64,000 nt of DNA, taken from positions 133,623,641 to 133,687,640 of the forward strand of contig NC_068981.1 in NCBI RefSeq assembly GCF_001194135.2. Direction: 5' to 3'. Both the position numbers and the translations under genes were made by a program. This stretch comes from Octopus bimaculoides. Lineage: Eukaryota. How positions within the stretch are numbered: position 1 is the first letter of the stretch; each line of letters opens with the position of its first letter. This document shows positions 48,753 to 61,949 of this stretch, piece after piece. The notes beneath the pieces are model-generated. The model did not search any database, was not told the origin of the DNA, and worked only from the letters and a program-made list of their open reading frames with translations.

Positions 48753-49718
48753 NNNNNNNNNNNNNNNNNNNNNNNNNNNNNNNNNNNNNNNNNNNNNNNN
48801 NNNNNNNNNNNNNNNNNNNNNNNNNNNNNNNNNNNNNNNNNNNNNNNNNNNNNNNNNNNNNNNNNNNNNNNNNNNNNNNNNNNNNNNNNNNNNNNNNNNN
48901 NNNNNNNNNNNNNNNNNNNNNNNNNNNNNNNNNNNNNNNNNNNNNNNNNNNNNNNNNNNNNNNNNNNNNNNNNNNNNNNNNNNNNNNNNNNNNNNNNNNN
49001 NNNNNNNNNNNNNNNNNNNNNNNNNNNNNNNNNNNNNNNNNNNNNNNNNNNNNNNNNNNNNNNNNNNNNNNNNNNNNNNNNNNNNNNNNNNNNNNNNNNN
49101 NNNNNNNNNNNNNNNNNNNNNNNNNNNNNNNNNNNNNNNNNNNNNNNNNNNNNNNNNNNNNNNNNNNNNNNNNNNNNNNNNNNNNNNNNNNNNNNNNNNN
49201 NNNNNNNNNNNNNNNNNNNNNNNNNNNNNNNNNNNNNNNNNNNNNNNNNNNNNNNNNNNNNNNNNNNNNNNNNNNNNNNNNNNNNNNNNNNNNNNNNNNN
49301 NNNNNNNNNNNNNNNNNNNNNNNNNNNNNNNNNNNNNNNNNNNNNNNNNNNNNNNNNNNNNNNNNNNTATATATATATATCATCAATACCGATTTCACTT
49401 TCCAGAACTTTACACCATACTACCACATCTCAAACTATAATTACCAACTTTTAAAATCATTGCTAGACAACAAAGTAATTCACCATTACCCACCACCACC
49501 AGCACCTATATCTTCAACACCTTCACCACATAATATACACAATCATCACCAATACGACCATGACCACCACCACTGCCGTCATCATGAACACTAGTGCTAC
49601 TGTTCTTTTCCCTTAAAACCACGCTTTATAATCACCAACTGAATCATCAGAACTATCATCGTCTTCGCCGCCATTTTCTCTTGAAACTACACACCACAAC
49701 CAGGTCCGTATCAGTAAC

Positions 49719-49769
<51 letters not shown>

Positions 49770-49823
49770 ACGCACGCTCTCTCTCTCTATCTCTTTCTCT
49801 CTATCTCTCTCTATATATATATA

Positions 49824-49891
<68 letters not shown>

Positions 49892-50029
49892 TCTCTCTCT
49901 CTCTCCCTCTCTTTCTTCTACTACAACCGCTACTATCACCGTTATTAGCAAGTTACCACTATCGCTGCTTAATTGTCTTGCAACATCGCCAGTCAACAAA
50001 TACACATACACGCAGAAAAATTCATTCGT

Positions 50030-50072
50030 ACATGTACATATTCATACATACACACACATACATTCATACATG

Positions 50073-50106
<34 letters not shown>

Positions 50107-50436
50107 CATACATACATGCATGCATACATACATTCATACATACATTCATACATACATGCATACATACATACATGCATACATACATTCATACATACATTCA
50201 TACATACATGCATACATACATACATGCATACATACATACATATATACATATATGCATACATGCATACATACATACATACATTCATACATACATTCATACA
50301 TACATGCATACATACATACACACATACATTCATGCATGCATACATACATACATACATACATACATACACGCATGCCTACATACACGCATGCATACATTCA
50401 TACATACATACATGGATGCATACATACATACATACA

Positions 50437-50470
<34 letters not shown>

Positions 50471-50490
50471 CACACACACACACACACTTA
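50030..50490. repeat. Degenerate (CATA)n array with CATG/CATT variants
   Basis: Read directly. Confidence 0.96.
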
Positions 50491-51171
50491 TCACTATTAT
50501 CAACACCATGATTATCGATGTCCATCATTTTCTTGGTGGAATTAATAATGGATGTTCCACCTGCAACTGGCAGATGTCTGAAATTCTACAACTATTTACC
50601 ATTGTCAGTGTTTGGTGAGAGGCGTGTCTGCCTTCCAGACAGGAACAATTTAGTTGGCTTTACAGCTTCCTCCAAGTTGTTTTCTCTAATCGCTTCACTA
50701 CAACGGTATTGTTCGCGGTTTTAATTGTGGTGCTGCTTGCGGTGCTGGTGGTGGTGCTGGTGGTGGGAGATGTCGGTGCGGCTGTGGACGTTGCTGTTGC
50801 TATTAATGCTGCTGTTGACGACGATTATGACGATGCTGCTGCTCCTGGTGGTGATGATGATTATGATGATGATGATGTTGATGGTGGTGATGATGATGAT
50901 GATGATGATTATAATGTTGTTATATAGCCCAAAGTCATTTCTGATAAAGCCGAATTATAATCACAAGACATTCCAGTCTGGAACATCCTGTCATTTTTTC
51001 TTTTTCCTTTTGTTTCTTTTTCCCTTTATTTATTTATTTTTTTTGCTGTTTTGGCTTGTATGCAAATGCAGTGTACCCAGGAACACATTCAATATGTCTT
51101 TTTTTTTTTTTTGAAGACTTGATTCAAAGGAACTTTCGCTGCTTTTTCTTGCAGATCGGCTGGTCACATAC

Positions 51172-51392
51172 AGGTTCCTGGCTGGCAGAATCGTTAACAC
51201 GCCGGACCAAATGCTTAGCGGTATTTCGTCCGCCTTTATGTTCCGAGTTCAAATTCCGCCGAGGTCGACTTTGTCGTTCATCTTTTCGGGGGTCGTTAAA
51301 ATAAGTACCAGCGGTATGCTGGGATCGATGTCATCGTCTAACCCCCTCCCCTCAAATTTCAGACCTTGTGCTTATAGTAGAACAGATTATTA
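51172..51392 (+). mobile_element. SINE family A
   Basis: GCTGGCAGAATCG (A-box), GAGTTCAAATTCC (B-box), family body. Confidence 0.92.
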
Positions 51393-51400
51393 GTGACTGC

Positions 51401-51625
51401 TAAGGTGGTGAGCAGGCAAAATCGTTAACAAGCCGGACCAAATGCTTAGGGGCATTTCGTCGGTCTTTACGTTCTGAGCTCAGATCGCACCGAAATTGGC
51501 TTTGCCTTTTATCCTTTCAGTGTCAGTAAGTTAAGTACCAGTGTAGTACTGACGGGGTGGTCTATGCAATCGACTGCCCCTCCTCTCAAAAATTGTTGAC
51601 CCTGTACTAAAATCTGGAATCATTA
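51401..51625 (+). mobile_element. SINE family A, second copy in head-to-tail tandem
   Basis: Starts 8 bp after the previous copy; more diverged. Confidence 0.88.
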
Positions 51626-51629
51626 TTAA

Positions 51630-52110
51630 AGACAATTGTGGTAGCGGTGGTGACGGCAGTTACTAGTGATGGTAGTGGTAATGGAGGTAGTGCTGGCGTT
51701 GATGGTACTGATAGTGGAGATAGTGGTAGTGGTGGTAGGGATGGTAGTGGTAGTGGTAGTGGTGGTAGTGATTGTGGTGGTAGTAGTGGTGGAAGTAGTA
51801 GTGGTAGTAGTAGTGGTAGTAGTAAGGTTAGTCGTGGGGATGGTGCTGCTGCTGCTGCCTCCGATGGCGGCGGCGGCGGTGGTGGTGGTGATGGCAGTTA
51901 CTAGTGATGGTAGTGGCAATGAGGTGGTGCTGGCGGTGATGGTGCTGATGGTGGAGATAGTGGTAGTGGTGGTAGTGGTGGAAGTAGTAGTGGTAGTAGT
52001 AGAGTTAGTGGTGGTGCTGCTGCTGCTGCCGATGGCGGCGGTGGCGGTGGTTGTGGTGGCGGCGGCGGCGGCGGCGGCGGTGGTGGTGGTGGTGGTGGTA
52101 TAGACGTGAA
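51630..52110. repeat. GGT/AGT/GCT trinucleotide-rich region containing a ~240-bp tandem duplication
   Basis: 'ggcagttactagtgatggtagtgg' recurs at ~51655 and ~51893. Confidence 0.9.
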
Positions 52111-52269
52111 ATTCGATTATATGAGCAGATGTTAATGTTGTTACTGTTGTTGTAGTGATGATGATGATGATGATGATGAGATGGAGGTGGAGGTGAAGGA
52201 GGAGGAGGTCTCCTCCACCATCATCCTTCATCATGGACCACCATTACTTCCACCGTTAATGTTATCAAT

Positions 52270-52471
52270 TCATTATCAATAACCTATCGTCATCGTCATT
52301 ATCCAAATTCTCATCATTGTCATCATCACCATCAGTTTCATCATCGCTCTCATCATCATAATCATCATTAGTCTCATTAGTATCATTATTAGTATTACTA
52401 TTGAAATCATGGTCATAATCACTATTATCATCAACTTCATCATCAGCAGCATCATTATCATCATCATCATT

Positions 52472-52508
<37 letters not shown>

Positions 52509-52630
52509 ACTTTATCTTCATTATTTTCCCTAGCATCATCATCACCACCACTATCACCATCACCACCCCCACCACCACCCCCATCACCATCAGAAGCAGC
52601 CTCACCACCATCACCACCATCACCATTATT
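52270..52630. repeat. Degenerate (CAT)n/(CAC)n array
   Basis: Read directly. Confidence 0.94.
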
Positions 52631-53145
52631 GTCCTCAGTGATCACAGCAGTCACTGCATGGCTCATTATCAACGTATTCATCATACAAATTTTACAAACT
52701 AACAAGAATTGTGTTTGTGTTGTTGTTATACTTTAACCATAGGTCGGTCCTGGTTGAAAAGATTTATGGTCGAAGACATTCCATTTGTTTATTTTTTCTA
52801 TGTGTCTTATTTTTTTTTTTTTTTTGTAGTTAGACTTACATTATCTAATATTTCCTTGTTTTCGACTGGTTAAGTGGGCATACTTTGTGGGAGAACTTGT
52901 TGTTATGTCTAGCAAGTCGTGTGGCGTTATAGAAGATCCCGCGTTGGCTCGTATAGTAGTTTTGCGTTTTGATTATGGTGGTGGAGGTGATTCTGGTGAA
53001 TAAGGGAATTAAGAGAAAGGAGACAGGGTGAATAAAAAAGGATAAATATCAACAATAAAAATAATGAAAACAATAATAATAATAATAAATAGCACTATAA
53101 AAGTAAAAACTGATAAAAAATAATTATACAAATAATAACACTATA

Positions 53146-53540
53146 TTCTTTTATTTTTTATTTGTTTCAGTTCATTTAACTGCGGCCATGCTGGAGCACC
53201 GCCTTTAGTCGAACAAATCGACCCTAGGACTTATACTTTGTGAGCTTAGTACTTATTCTATCGGTCTCTTTTGCCGAACCGCTACGTTACGGGGACGTAA
53301 ACACACATTGGTTGTCAAGGGATGTTGGGGGGGGGGCACAAACACAGACACACACACACATATACGACAGGCTTCTTTCAGTTTCCGTCTACCAAATCTA
53401 CTCACAAGGTTTTGGTCGGCCCGAGGCTATAGTAGAATACTATAGTAGAAAACACTTGGCCAAGGTACCACGCAATGGGACTGAACCCGGGACCATGTGG
53501 TCCTGAAGCAAAAATTCTTACCACACAGCCACGCCTGCGC
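53146..53540 (-). mobile_element. SINE family C, full length
   Basis: Head, core, internal GT repeat and tail 'gcggtgctccagcatggccgcag' all present. Confidence 0.93.
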
Positions 53541-54043
53541 CTGTCTATGTAAACAATGCGATCGAAGATAAAAAGAAAAAAGGAAATGGATGTCCCTACA
53601 AGCAAATAATATGTAAGTACCAGTTGCTGGAATGTGTTTATTATGTAAAAACCGGTGTACCCAATTGCGTTGCTCTACCAAATTTAGCGGCTGCTTTAGC
53701 AATGCGTTCATAAATGGTTAATGGGTTAGATGTGGTACTGAAGAAGGATCAAAAAGCCCTGCAATATCGATATTACCCATTACCTATTTTCTGTCTTCGA
53801 TCGCATCATTTACGAAGTCATATTTGTATATGAAATGTAACTTTCAGGACTGGTTCTAATTTCTATAGAAAATCTGAAGAGATAATTTTAAAAAGTGATT
53901 AAATCGCACTGCTAACATAGGTAGGACGCAGTGTTGACTTACAAGTCCTTAATATACATGGTAGTATATTATGGTTGCATAGCGAAATACAGTCTCCATA
54001 CCAGAAATTACTATATATAATATATATGACTAAAAGATGATAT

Positions 54044-55152
54044 TGTTACGAACGCCCGCACAGAGCACCTCAATGAAGAGAAAACTCGCGCGCGCGACGA
54101 TGAACGCTCAGTGAGTCAGGCTGTTCGCCACTAATAAGCCCGGCCGGAGCACGCAACGATGACAACAAAAAGGAGAAATAACACAGACCATACGTTGCGT
54201 AGTCAAGCTAACTTTTTTTTTCAAAACAAAACAAAACATTCAATAACATAGTACTTGCTTTTGAAATAACACATGTAACAAGAGAGTTTTCAAGCATTTA
54301 ACAAAGTTTCAGAACTATTACAAAGTTTACAATCATTTCACGTAATCATAAAGTTTACAATCAAAGTTCGTGTATCAAGAGTCAATTAAAAAGTTCTTTT
54401 GCTTCTTTGTTTTTCTTTTCTTTTAAAACATGTAACAACAAAGTTCTCTATTTTCTTTTAACAACACAGTTAACAAAATTTCTTCCTTTTTCTTTTTCTT
54501 TCTTCTCTTCACAAAAAACATTTAACCAAACGCAAGTACATTTTTCTTTAAAAATATAAGCAAACATTTACCGTAACAAATTTAAATCTCCCATTACATC
54601 GACAAGAACTGACCAACGCAGCCCACTACAATCTGCCACTCACTTTTGCCTGCCACAACAGTTCCATCTATCTGTCTCTCTCTCTCAGACTCTATCCATT
54701 TCTGCTGACTGGTACCTTCTGTCCATAGCCTCTCTCTCTCTCTCAGTCTATCTTTCTGCCAGTTTCTATCACCAACTACTCTGTCCATTTGGCTTCTCTA
54801 CTGGCTGCTGGCCTTTACACCGAACTCGCGTTCCTCACCCAATGACTTTGTTTACACCAACTGCGATTCCAAATCTATGCTCCCGTATTTATGACAGATA
54901 CCGTACCCAACAGTGCTACGTTCCCCCCTCCAAAGCTGGGTCAGTTTAGTACAGTTCCTATTTGCTATTTTTAAACTTTCGATGACCGGAAAGGGTCAGA
55001 GATCACATTCCTACGCTATAAATAACCGTGCTCGTTGACAGGACAAAGGAAATACCATTGTCCTGAATAACTAGAATACGGTTTCAAACTCAGCTCGTGG
55101 ATAGGGACATAACGTTATTTTTGTTTATCGGCGGTCGCATCAATATATAACA
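54044..55152. mobile_element. Probable solo LTR (~1.1 kb)
   Basis: TGTTAC...ATAACA termini (TG...CA, 5/6 inverted match); CpG-rich ends; CT-rich interior; no matching TSD. Confidence 0.5.
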
Positions 55153-55649
55153 TTGTATATCATGTAACTATATAACTTTATATAATTATAACACCATACA
55201 CCACTGGTTTTATATAGTGGTTTTACGAATGCGAAACTCATTAAAAGAATTAAAACTCCTCTTCATACTTCGCTACATATACGTAGCAAGTTATATAACT
55301 GGACAATTTATCGTTGGTAGTCGTAAAAAGAAGGATATTGCTTCATGAATCGGAGTTTTCCTTAACTAGCAACAATTAAAGACACTATTTTGATGTTCTC
55401 TAATTAAACCTTTAAGTATCTATGGTTCATTGTTATTGAGCTATTAACTGTTATATCTAAATTTTCATCTTTGTGAATTATTTACCCCATAAAAGATGGC
55501 GTCGCCACTCAAGTTTGAATTGGTGATAACAGATCCTAACTGTTTTTAAGTGTTGTTAAGGTGTTTGTTCTGTAGCTTCGATATGAGAAAAAAACGTTGA
55601 AGTAGAATTATGAAAGTGATGATCTGAAGAAGATCTGGGATTAATTTAT

Positions 55650-55855
55650 ATTCTTTACTGTTCTAGATACAAGGCCCGAAATTTTGGAGGAGGGGCCCAG
55701 TCGATTAGATCGACCCCAGTACGCAACTAGTACTTAATTTATCGACACCGAAAGCATGAAAGGCAAAGTCGACCCCGGCAGAATTTGAACTCAGAACATA
55801 AAGACAGACGAAACACCGCTAAGCATTTTGCCCGTTTCTGCCAGCTCGCTGCCTT
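55650..55855 (-). mobile_element. SINE family A
   Basis: Family head and body. Confidence 0.92.
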
Positions 55856-55879
55856 GGAGATTAATTTATGTTGAAGGCA

Positions 55880-56700
55880 ATAACTAAGGCTATCTTGTAC
55901 GTGTTGCTAATTTTTCATCTGAAGTTACTGGAGACTTGTTTCAGCGAAGAACAACATAATATTGAATCAACAGAGAGACACATACATGACTATTAGACAA
56001 ATTTATCTTTGACAGCAAAAAGATATCGCTTTGAGGATAGTCTATACCAAAGAAAGAAGTATTATACATCCACCTTCTAAGAAGAAATAAATGTAATCTT
56101 TTTTCATGATGATATTTTATGGTCGATATTTACCAAATTATTCTGAAATGATCGAACCATTTACGAATTTACATACGAAATGGTTTGTGGTTGGACAAAT
56201 AATAAGCGAAAGGCCTTTAATAATTTTTCACAGTTCTCCTGCAGAGAAACCTGTTGGAAGGATATATGATGCCAACAAATATGTCACATTGACAACCGAT
56301 GCTGGTCAACAGTCCATATCAGGAATTTCATCAAAAGATAATCATCGAGGGATACTTATCAAGGAGGTTAAACTCTGCTAAATCAAATTATTCAAATATT
56401 GATAGGGGTGCTTTAGCAATTCGGTTGACCACAAGCCATGCACGTCAGTTTTTACGTAATACAAAATCACTGAATAAATCGAATCATACGCCTCTTGAAT
56501 TCATCTTTAATCTATGCACGGAATCTCAGGGGTTACTTCTTCGAGAATATTAAAATCCGCCATACTAGCAACATTGTTTGATTTTGATATCACATATCAA
56601 AGAACAATCTATTCTTCGTGTTGACGGGCTCTCAATGTTATGTAACTTCAGGATGCTAATGCGGAAAAAGTTGATGTTACCTTCATAAACTCGATAGAAA
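55880..56700 (+). mobile_element. Gypsy-like pol fragment (RT connection/RNase H), decayed
   Basis: FYGRYLPNYSEMIEPF...VTLTTDAGQQSISGI...YLSRRLNSAKSNYSNIDRGALAI...SNHTPLEFIFN...FDFDITY...VDGLS. Confidence 0.85.
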
Positions 56701-57365
56701 CTGGTGCGAGACTAGCTTCAGAAAAATTGTGTGATCTGGCAAAATCATATGTCTGAATAAATAAATTTAAAAGAAATTACAATTGCAAAACAATGTCTCC
56801 TGAAAACATTTTTAATGATAATGATAATGAGCTTATTGTATACAGTGCTCTTAATTGAGAAAAGATAAAAGAGGTGACAGAAAACCGAAATAAATCAAGT
56901 AAAGTAAGCTAGCGATTATAGCCCCAACTGCGTGCATAGTATAGAGGATAAACACAAGAAAACAAGAAAATACTCCTTACGTTTATAGAAAAATATCTTG
57001 TGAACATGAAGTTCCCAGAAATGTGAAGAATACAGGAGTCATAAAGAGGAAAAGGTGCATAGACATCTCAAGAGTAGTTTTAGCGTATTTCAGGAAGTAT
57101 GGAAGTTTTGAAGGCTATAGTGTTCTGATCGCTAATAACAGACGCGGATACTTTATTCCATATTTCGACAATTCCGAGCTAGAGAAGATGCTTCTGAGAA
57201 TCACGGATGCCGCGATGTTTGTGTGTTGTGTTTTCTTTGGTGGGTGTTTGCATTGAACCCACTTTTAATTATTTAAGCTATTCGTTCTGCGATTCGCCTT
57301 GACTATGGTTAATATGAGGGCATTTTGTTAAAGAACGCTTTCAAATTTCTGTAACTGCCATGAGA

Positions 57366-57593
57366 AAGGCAACGGGCTGGTAGAACCGTTAGCACGCCGA
57401 CCAAATTGTTTGGCAGCATTTCGTTTTTACGTTCGTTTGTCTTTACGTTCTGAGCACAAATTCCGCCGAGGTCGACTTGCCTTTTATCCAATCAGAATCG
57501 ATAAAATAAGCACTAGTTAAGTACTGGGGTCGATTTCATCGACTTCTCTCTCCCCTCAAAAACTGCTGGCCCTCTGTCAAAAATCTGAAACCA
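57366..57593 (+). mobile_element. SINE family A
   Basis: Family head and body; small internal duplication 'tttacgttc'. Confidence 0.9.
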
Positions 57594-58903
57594 TCATACA
57601 AATTTTCANNNNNNNNNNGGAAAAGAATAAGAAACCGCACGCAACAGCAGTAGGGTTTTTTGTTATTCTAGTGTAAAAAGAAATAGAGGGACAGAGATGG
57701 AGGTGTAAATTAAGAGTAAAAATCAAACATACAAACCGAAAACAATGAAAGAAATGTATGTGTGTGTGTGTTTGAACTTTTTTTACGAGTGAGTGTGTGC
57801 ACATATGCTAGTGTATACGAGGAGCCAGAGAGACAGCGTGTGTACGTTCTATGTGGCGGTGAGAGTGAGAGGGTGTGTGTGTGTGCGTGTGAATGTGTGT
57901 GTGTGTGCATGTGCGTATGTGCGTGTGTGCGTGTGTGTGTATGTCTATGTGTTTGCATGTATCCGTGTTTGTGCGTCTGCATGCATATTCTAAAATTTTT
58001 TTGTAACTGTCCGTGATAAAAGAAAGTGAGTGTTGATATACCAGTGAAAGAAGGGGGAAGAGGAAGAGGAAGAGAAAGAGAGAGGGAGAGAGATAGAGAG
58101 ATGAAAAGGATAATTCACGGAGAAAGTTAAAATATGACAAAAGGAATTTTGTTTTAAAAAACAAAAAAATAGGCAAGAAAACGAGAGGCAATTATGTAAA
58201 AATTATAACTACTTTAAATATTCGAAAATTGCCATTGAGAAAAGTAATAATGAGTAATCTTATTCATTATGCTACAGCACAATTATATGCGTGTGTGTGT
58301 GTGTGTCTGTGTGTGTGTGTGTGTGTGTGTGCGTGCATGTANNNNNNNNNNATATATACATACATATACTGTATATTGCCTCAAAAATTTGAATATTATA
58401 CAAAAAATTTTTGATGTCAATTAAGTTAGGTGGTAAAACTTTCGCTCCTATTAAAGTCACTAAATCTAAATTGATGCGTTCCTAAAATTTATTTGATGTA
58501 ACCTAACATTTATGATTTCCATACAGAGATCGTTAGAAATTTCATACTTCATTATATATTAAAATGTTATATCTGGATATCCAAATCGTATTCCTTTACA
58601 GCGAGTTAGTCAAGAATTGAAAGACGGGTACTGAATGTCAATTTATACTTGGTTTGAGTTCATTTGGTTTCAATAACTACGGTGACATGTCATGGTATTA
58701 AGGAAGCTAACTTGTGAGACAGCTCGAGTGTGATCAAAGATCAAGTGATCCCGATAACAGCCTTCAGTTCCTCTTGATTCCTGGAGTACTTATTTTCTTG
58801 GATTCTGATATTTATAAAGCTGGTTGCCAGGTTTCCAGTACACGTGAGCGACCGAGATCACAATATTCCTCCTGCACGGAACACGATCCATGGCAGGGTT
58901 CAA

Positions 58904-59037
58904 GACCAGTACTCGACTAATATTTCATTTTATCAACTCCGAAAGCATGAATGGTAAAGTTGACTTGAACTCAGAATATTAAGAAATACCGCTAAGCATT
59001 TTTGTCAGACATGCTAACGATTTTGCCCGCTAACCAC
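58904..59037 (-). mobile_element. SINE family A fragment
   Basis: 'gaaagcatgaatggtaaagttgac...aataccgctaagcatt...tgctaacgatt'. Confidence 0.78.
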
Positions 59038-59055
59038 TTTCTTAGGACATATGCT

Positions 59056-59544
59056 GGGCATTTATATAATTACATGGAAAAATGCGAGCATGAAAAGTAA
59101 TATTCTTAAGATTATAAACTTGGAAAACTAAAGGACAAGTTATTACACCTGTAAAAGTATAGGACAAGCCATTACTTCTAGTAAAGTAAAGAATAAGAAA
59201 CTTTTTACTTAAAATATTGCAGTAAAGAATGTTAATTCTTCTAATTTATCACTCTTTACAGTTCTCATCTTTTAAATTTATTGTACAAAACTGTTCAGCT
59301 AATTTGTAAGTTTGTCTAATTAGTCACTTTTTTCTGTATTTAAGGTAGTAAATTAACCAAATTCTACTTAAATAAGTATAGTCTCATTTGTAAACTATAA
59401 TAAAATAATTTTTAATATTCAAATTTTAATTTTAGCTGCAATATTCTAAGTAAAAAATTTCTTATTCTTTACTTTACTTGAAGTAATAGTTGTCCTATAC
59501 TTTTACAGGTGTAATAACTTGTCCATGTAATTATATAAATGCCC
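59056..59544. mobile_element. AT-rich foldback/MITE with ~110-bp inverted arms
   Basis: 59133-59222 is the reverse complement of 59436-59524; the outer GGGCATTTATATAATTACATGGA pairs with 59522-59544. Confidence 0.82.
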
Positions 59545-60016
59545 CGCATTTTTCTCTGTAATCCATGATTTTTCCAGGCATTGCTGTTATAAGATAATTA
59601 ATAATGTGTCAATTAACAATTTAGGATTTTGCTTTATAAAATACTGGGTAGGGAGATACATTGGCTGCTATTTTTAGTGTGTCAAGCGACCAGGTAGAGG
59701 CTCTTTCATTGGTTTGATTGCGTGATGAGATTTTTTTACACATATATGTATAATATGCATATATATCATCGGCAGAATTTAGAGAGTAAGTCAAAAGCTG
59801 AGAGTTTTGTGTATTGGCACTTATCAAATACGAATTTGTCCATTGTCACTCTGTAACTTGTGACACAATAACTTCTAAAATACAAAATTTTGTCAAAAAC
59901 TTTACGAGTAAACCCTGTTGTATGTGACACATTCTACCAGTATCGGAAGTTTCAAAGTGTTTAGTTTTAAAAAATTAATTGAATAATCTGTACGTCAAAT
60001 TGAATAAATACGAATT

Positions 60017-60126
60017 GGATAAAAAGCAAAGTTGACCTCGGTGGAATTTGAACTCAAAATGTAAACACAGGTGAAATACCGCTAAACATTTCGCCCGGGG
60101 TGCTGCTTCTGCCATCTCGCCGTCTT
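60017..60126 (-). mobile_element. SINE family A head fragment
   Basis: 'gttgacctcggtggaatttgaactc...ataccgctaaacatttcgcccgg'. Confidence 0.85.
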
Positions 60127-60544
60127 ATGACATAGACATTCATTTTAGCAATATATTCTTTATTCTTATTGCTAAGCGTTACTTCCTTACTCTCTTACTA
60201 ACACGAAATTTTGTGGCATTTCACCCCATAACTTTTCGTCTACTAATTCTTGTTCAATGCGACAGACGACTTTGAATTCCTCATATATTTTTCTATCATT
60301 TAAGCCTAAGAAAAGTATACTTTTACTTTAAAATTAAAAAGTTTATGTTGATTGAAGATGAATATGTGCCTTACTGCACCCCTTGAAGTCGCAGATATTT
60401 TGATGTAACTTTTTTTCTCCTGAACCAAATCTCAAACTATTTATGCCAAAGTGTAGCTGAGGAGGTGTCTTTTTAAACCTGTTAACAGTTTGCTTGGAAG
60501 CTGCTGCGATTGATGAAATGGTGGACTTAAGAATATATTCAATC

Positions 60545-60870
60545 ACTACCGTGGTTGAATGATTATATTTTATACATTCTCTATGGAACCAGATCAGGTG
60601 AATTACCTGGTCAATAAAGTACTTGATGTGATGATCAACAAATCATGAAGATTTTGTTTTGGCACTCTGTGCGGGTACAAAATACTGGAGAAACAGAAAT
60701 TTGCATCATCAAATAGCCTATTGGCTGCCAGAGCTGTGAATTGATCCAGGATCTTTCGGCTGTAAACCTGAGGAAACGGAATTGTCCAGTACTTGCATAT
60801 AACTTCGGGAATTTGATATTGGACTTCACATAGCTGGGATTTTATAGCGTCCCAGTTTTTCTTCAAAGTT
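60545..60870 (-). mobile_element. Tc1-like (DD34E-type) transposase fragment
   Basis: ILDQFTALAANRLFDDANFCF...VPAQSAKT...FVDHHI...NSPDLVSIENV resembles Tc1 ILEHFMLPSADKLYGDADFIFQQD.APAH...NSPDLNPIEN. Confidence 0.7.
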
Positions 60871-61400
60871 TTAAAATAATATGGCACTCTATCAAAATTA
60901 TCACAATCTCAGTAAATCAAAATAAAGATCCAGACCTTTTGTTTCGGAAATAAAAGGAAGAAGCATATATGGACTTGATTGGAGTACCTTTCTATACTGT
61001 GTGTATATATTGCATGAATCATTGAAGTAGAAACGCTATGGAAAGTTGAATGTTTTGAAGCTACTACTTTTCTCCATTCCTTTTGTGCTTGGAAATTTCT
61101 CCATTAACCAAAATGCTAAATCAGACTGGACTCATATCGAATTGTTATAAGAGGACACTCGACGTTCTATTGTATATGAATGGCTTTAATTTTCATATTG
61201 AATATGTCAAACAGCAGAAAACCACTGACACATGCAGTTGAGGATTTGACATGAAATTCAGTGTAGAAAATGTCCCAAGGCAGCGTTGAAAAGAGGAAAA
61301 TTTATAATACTTCAGAGCCATGTCACATAAAGAAACGGAGAAAAAAACAGGATAAAACTTAGCGTACATTTTCAAAATACTTAGAAATATATGAATTACA

Positions 61401-61473
<73 letters not shown>

Positions 61474-61513
61474 TACACACACTTACATACACACATTCAT
61501 GTATACTTACCTA

Positions 61514-61800
61514 GAATTCTGTCGGTTACGACGACAACGGCTCCAGTTGATCCAATTCAACGGAACAGCCTGCTCGTGAAATTAACGTGCAAGCGGCTAA
61601 ACACTCTAAAGAGACGCATACCCTTAACGTAGTTCTCGGTGAGATTCAGCGTGACACAGAACGTGACAAAGCTGGCCCTTTGAATTACAGGACTGGAACA
61701 ACGTGAAATGAAGTGTCTTCTTCAAGGAGACAGTGCGTCGCCGAGAATCGAACTCACAATCTTACCACTGTGGGCTAAATACCCTAACTACTTAGCCACA
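61514..61800 (-). mobile_element. SINE with family-B tail and a shortened CORE
   Basis: Tail matches 2821-3000; head 'gtggctaagtagttaggg...gtgagttcgattctc'. Confidence 0.88.
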
Positions 61801-61949
61801 CACACAAATGACAGAAAATGTGAGGAACGAACTTATAGACGAATTTATATTAATACTTAAAACAGAACCAAATGCTAAAAATAAGAGGCATCAATCAATA
61901 TTGTACGTTTTTCCCTTAATAATTATAGTTATGATATTTTCTACTGGAA

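Noticed and set aside
50598-50695. Minus-strand open stretch bounded by AG and GT
   Set aside because: No polypyrimidine tract, borders low-complexity DNA, and the peptide is unrecognised.
57023-57256. 77-aa ORF in non-microsatellite DNA
   Set aside because: No recognisable motif and no convincing splice sites.
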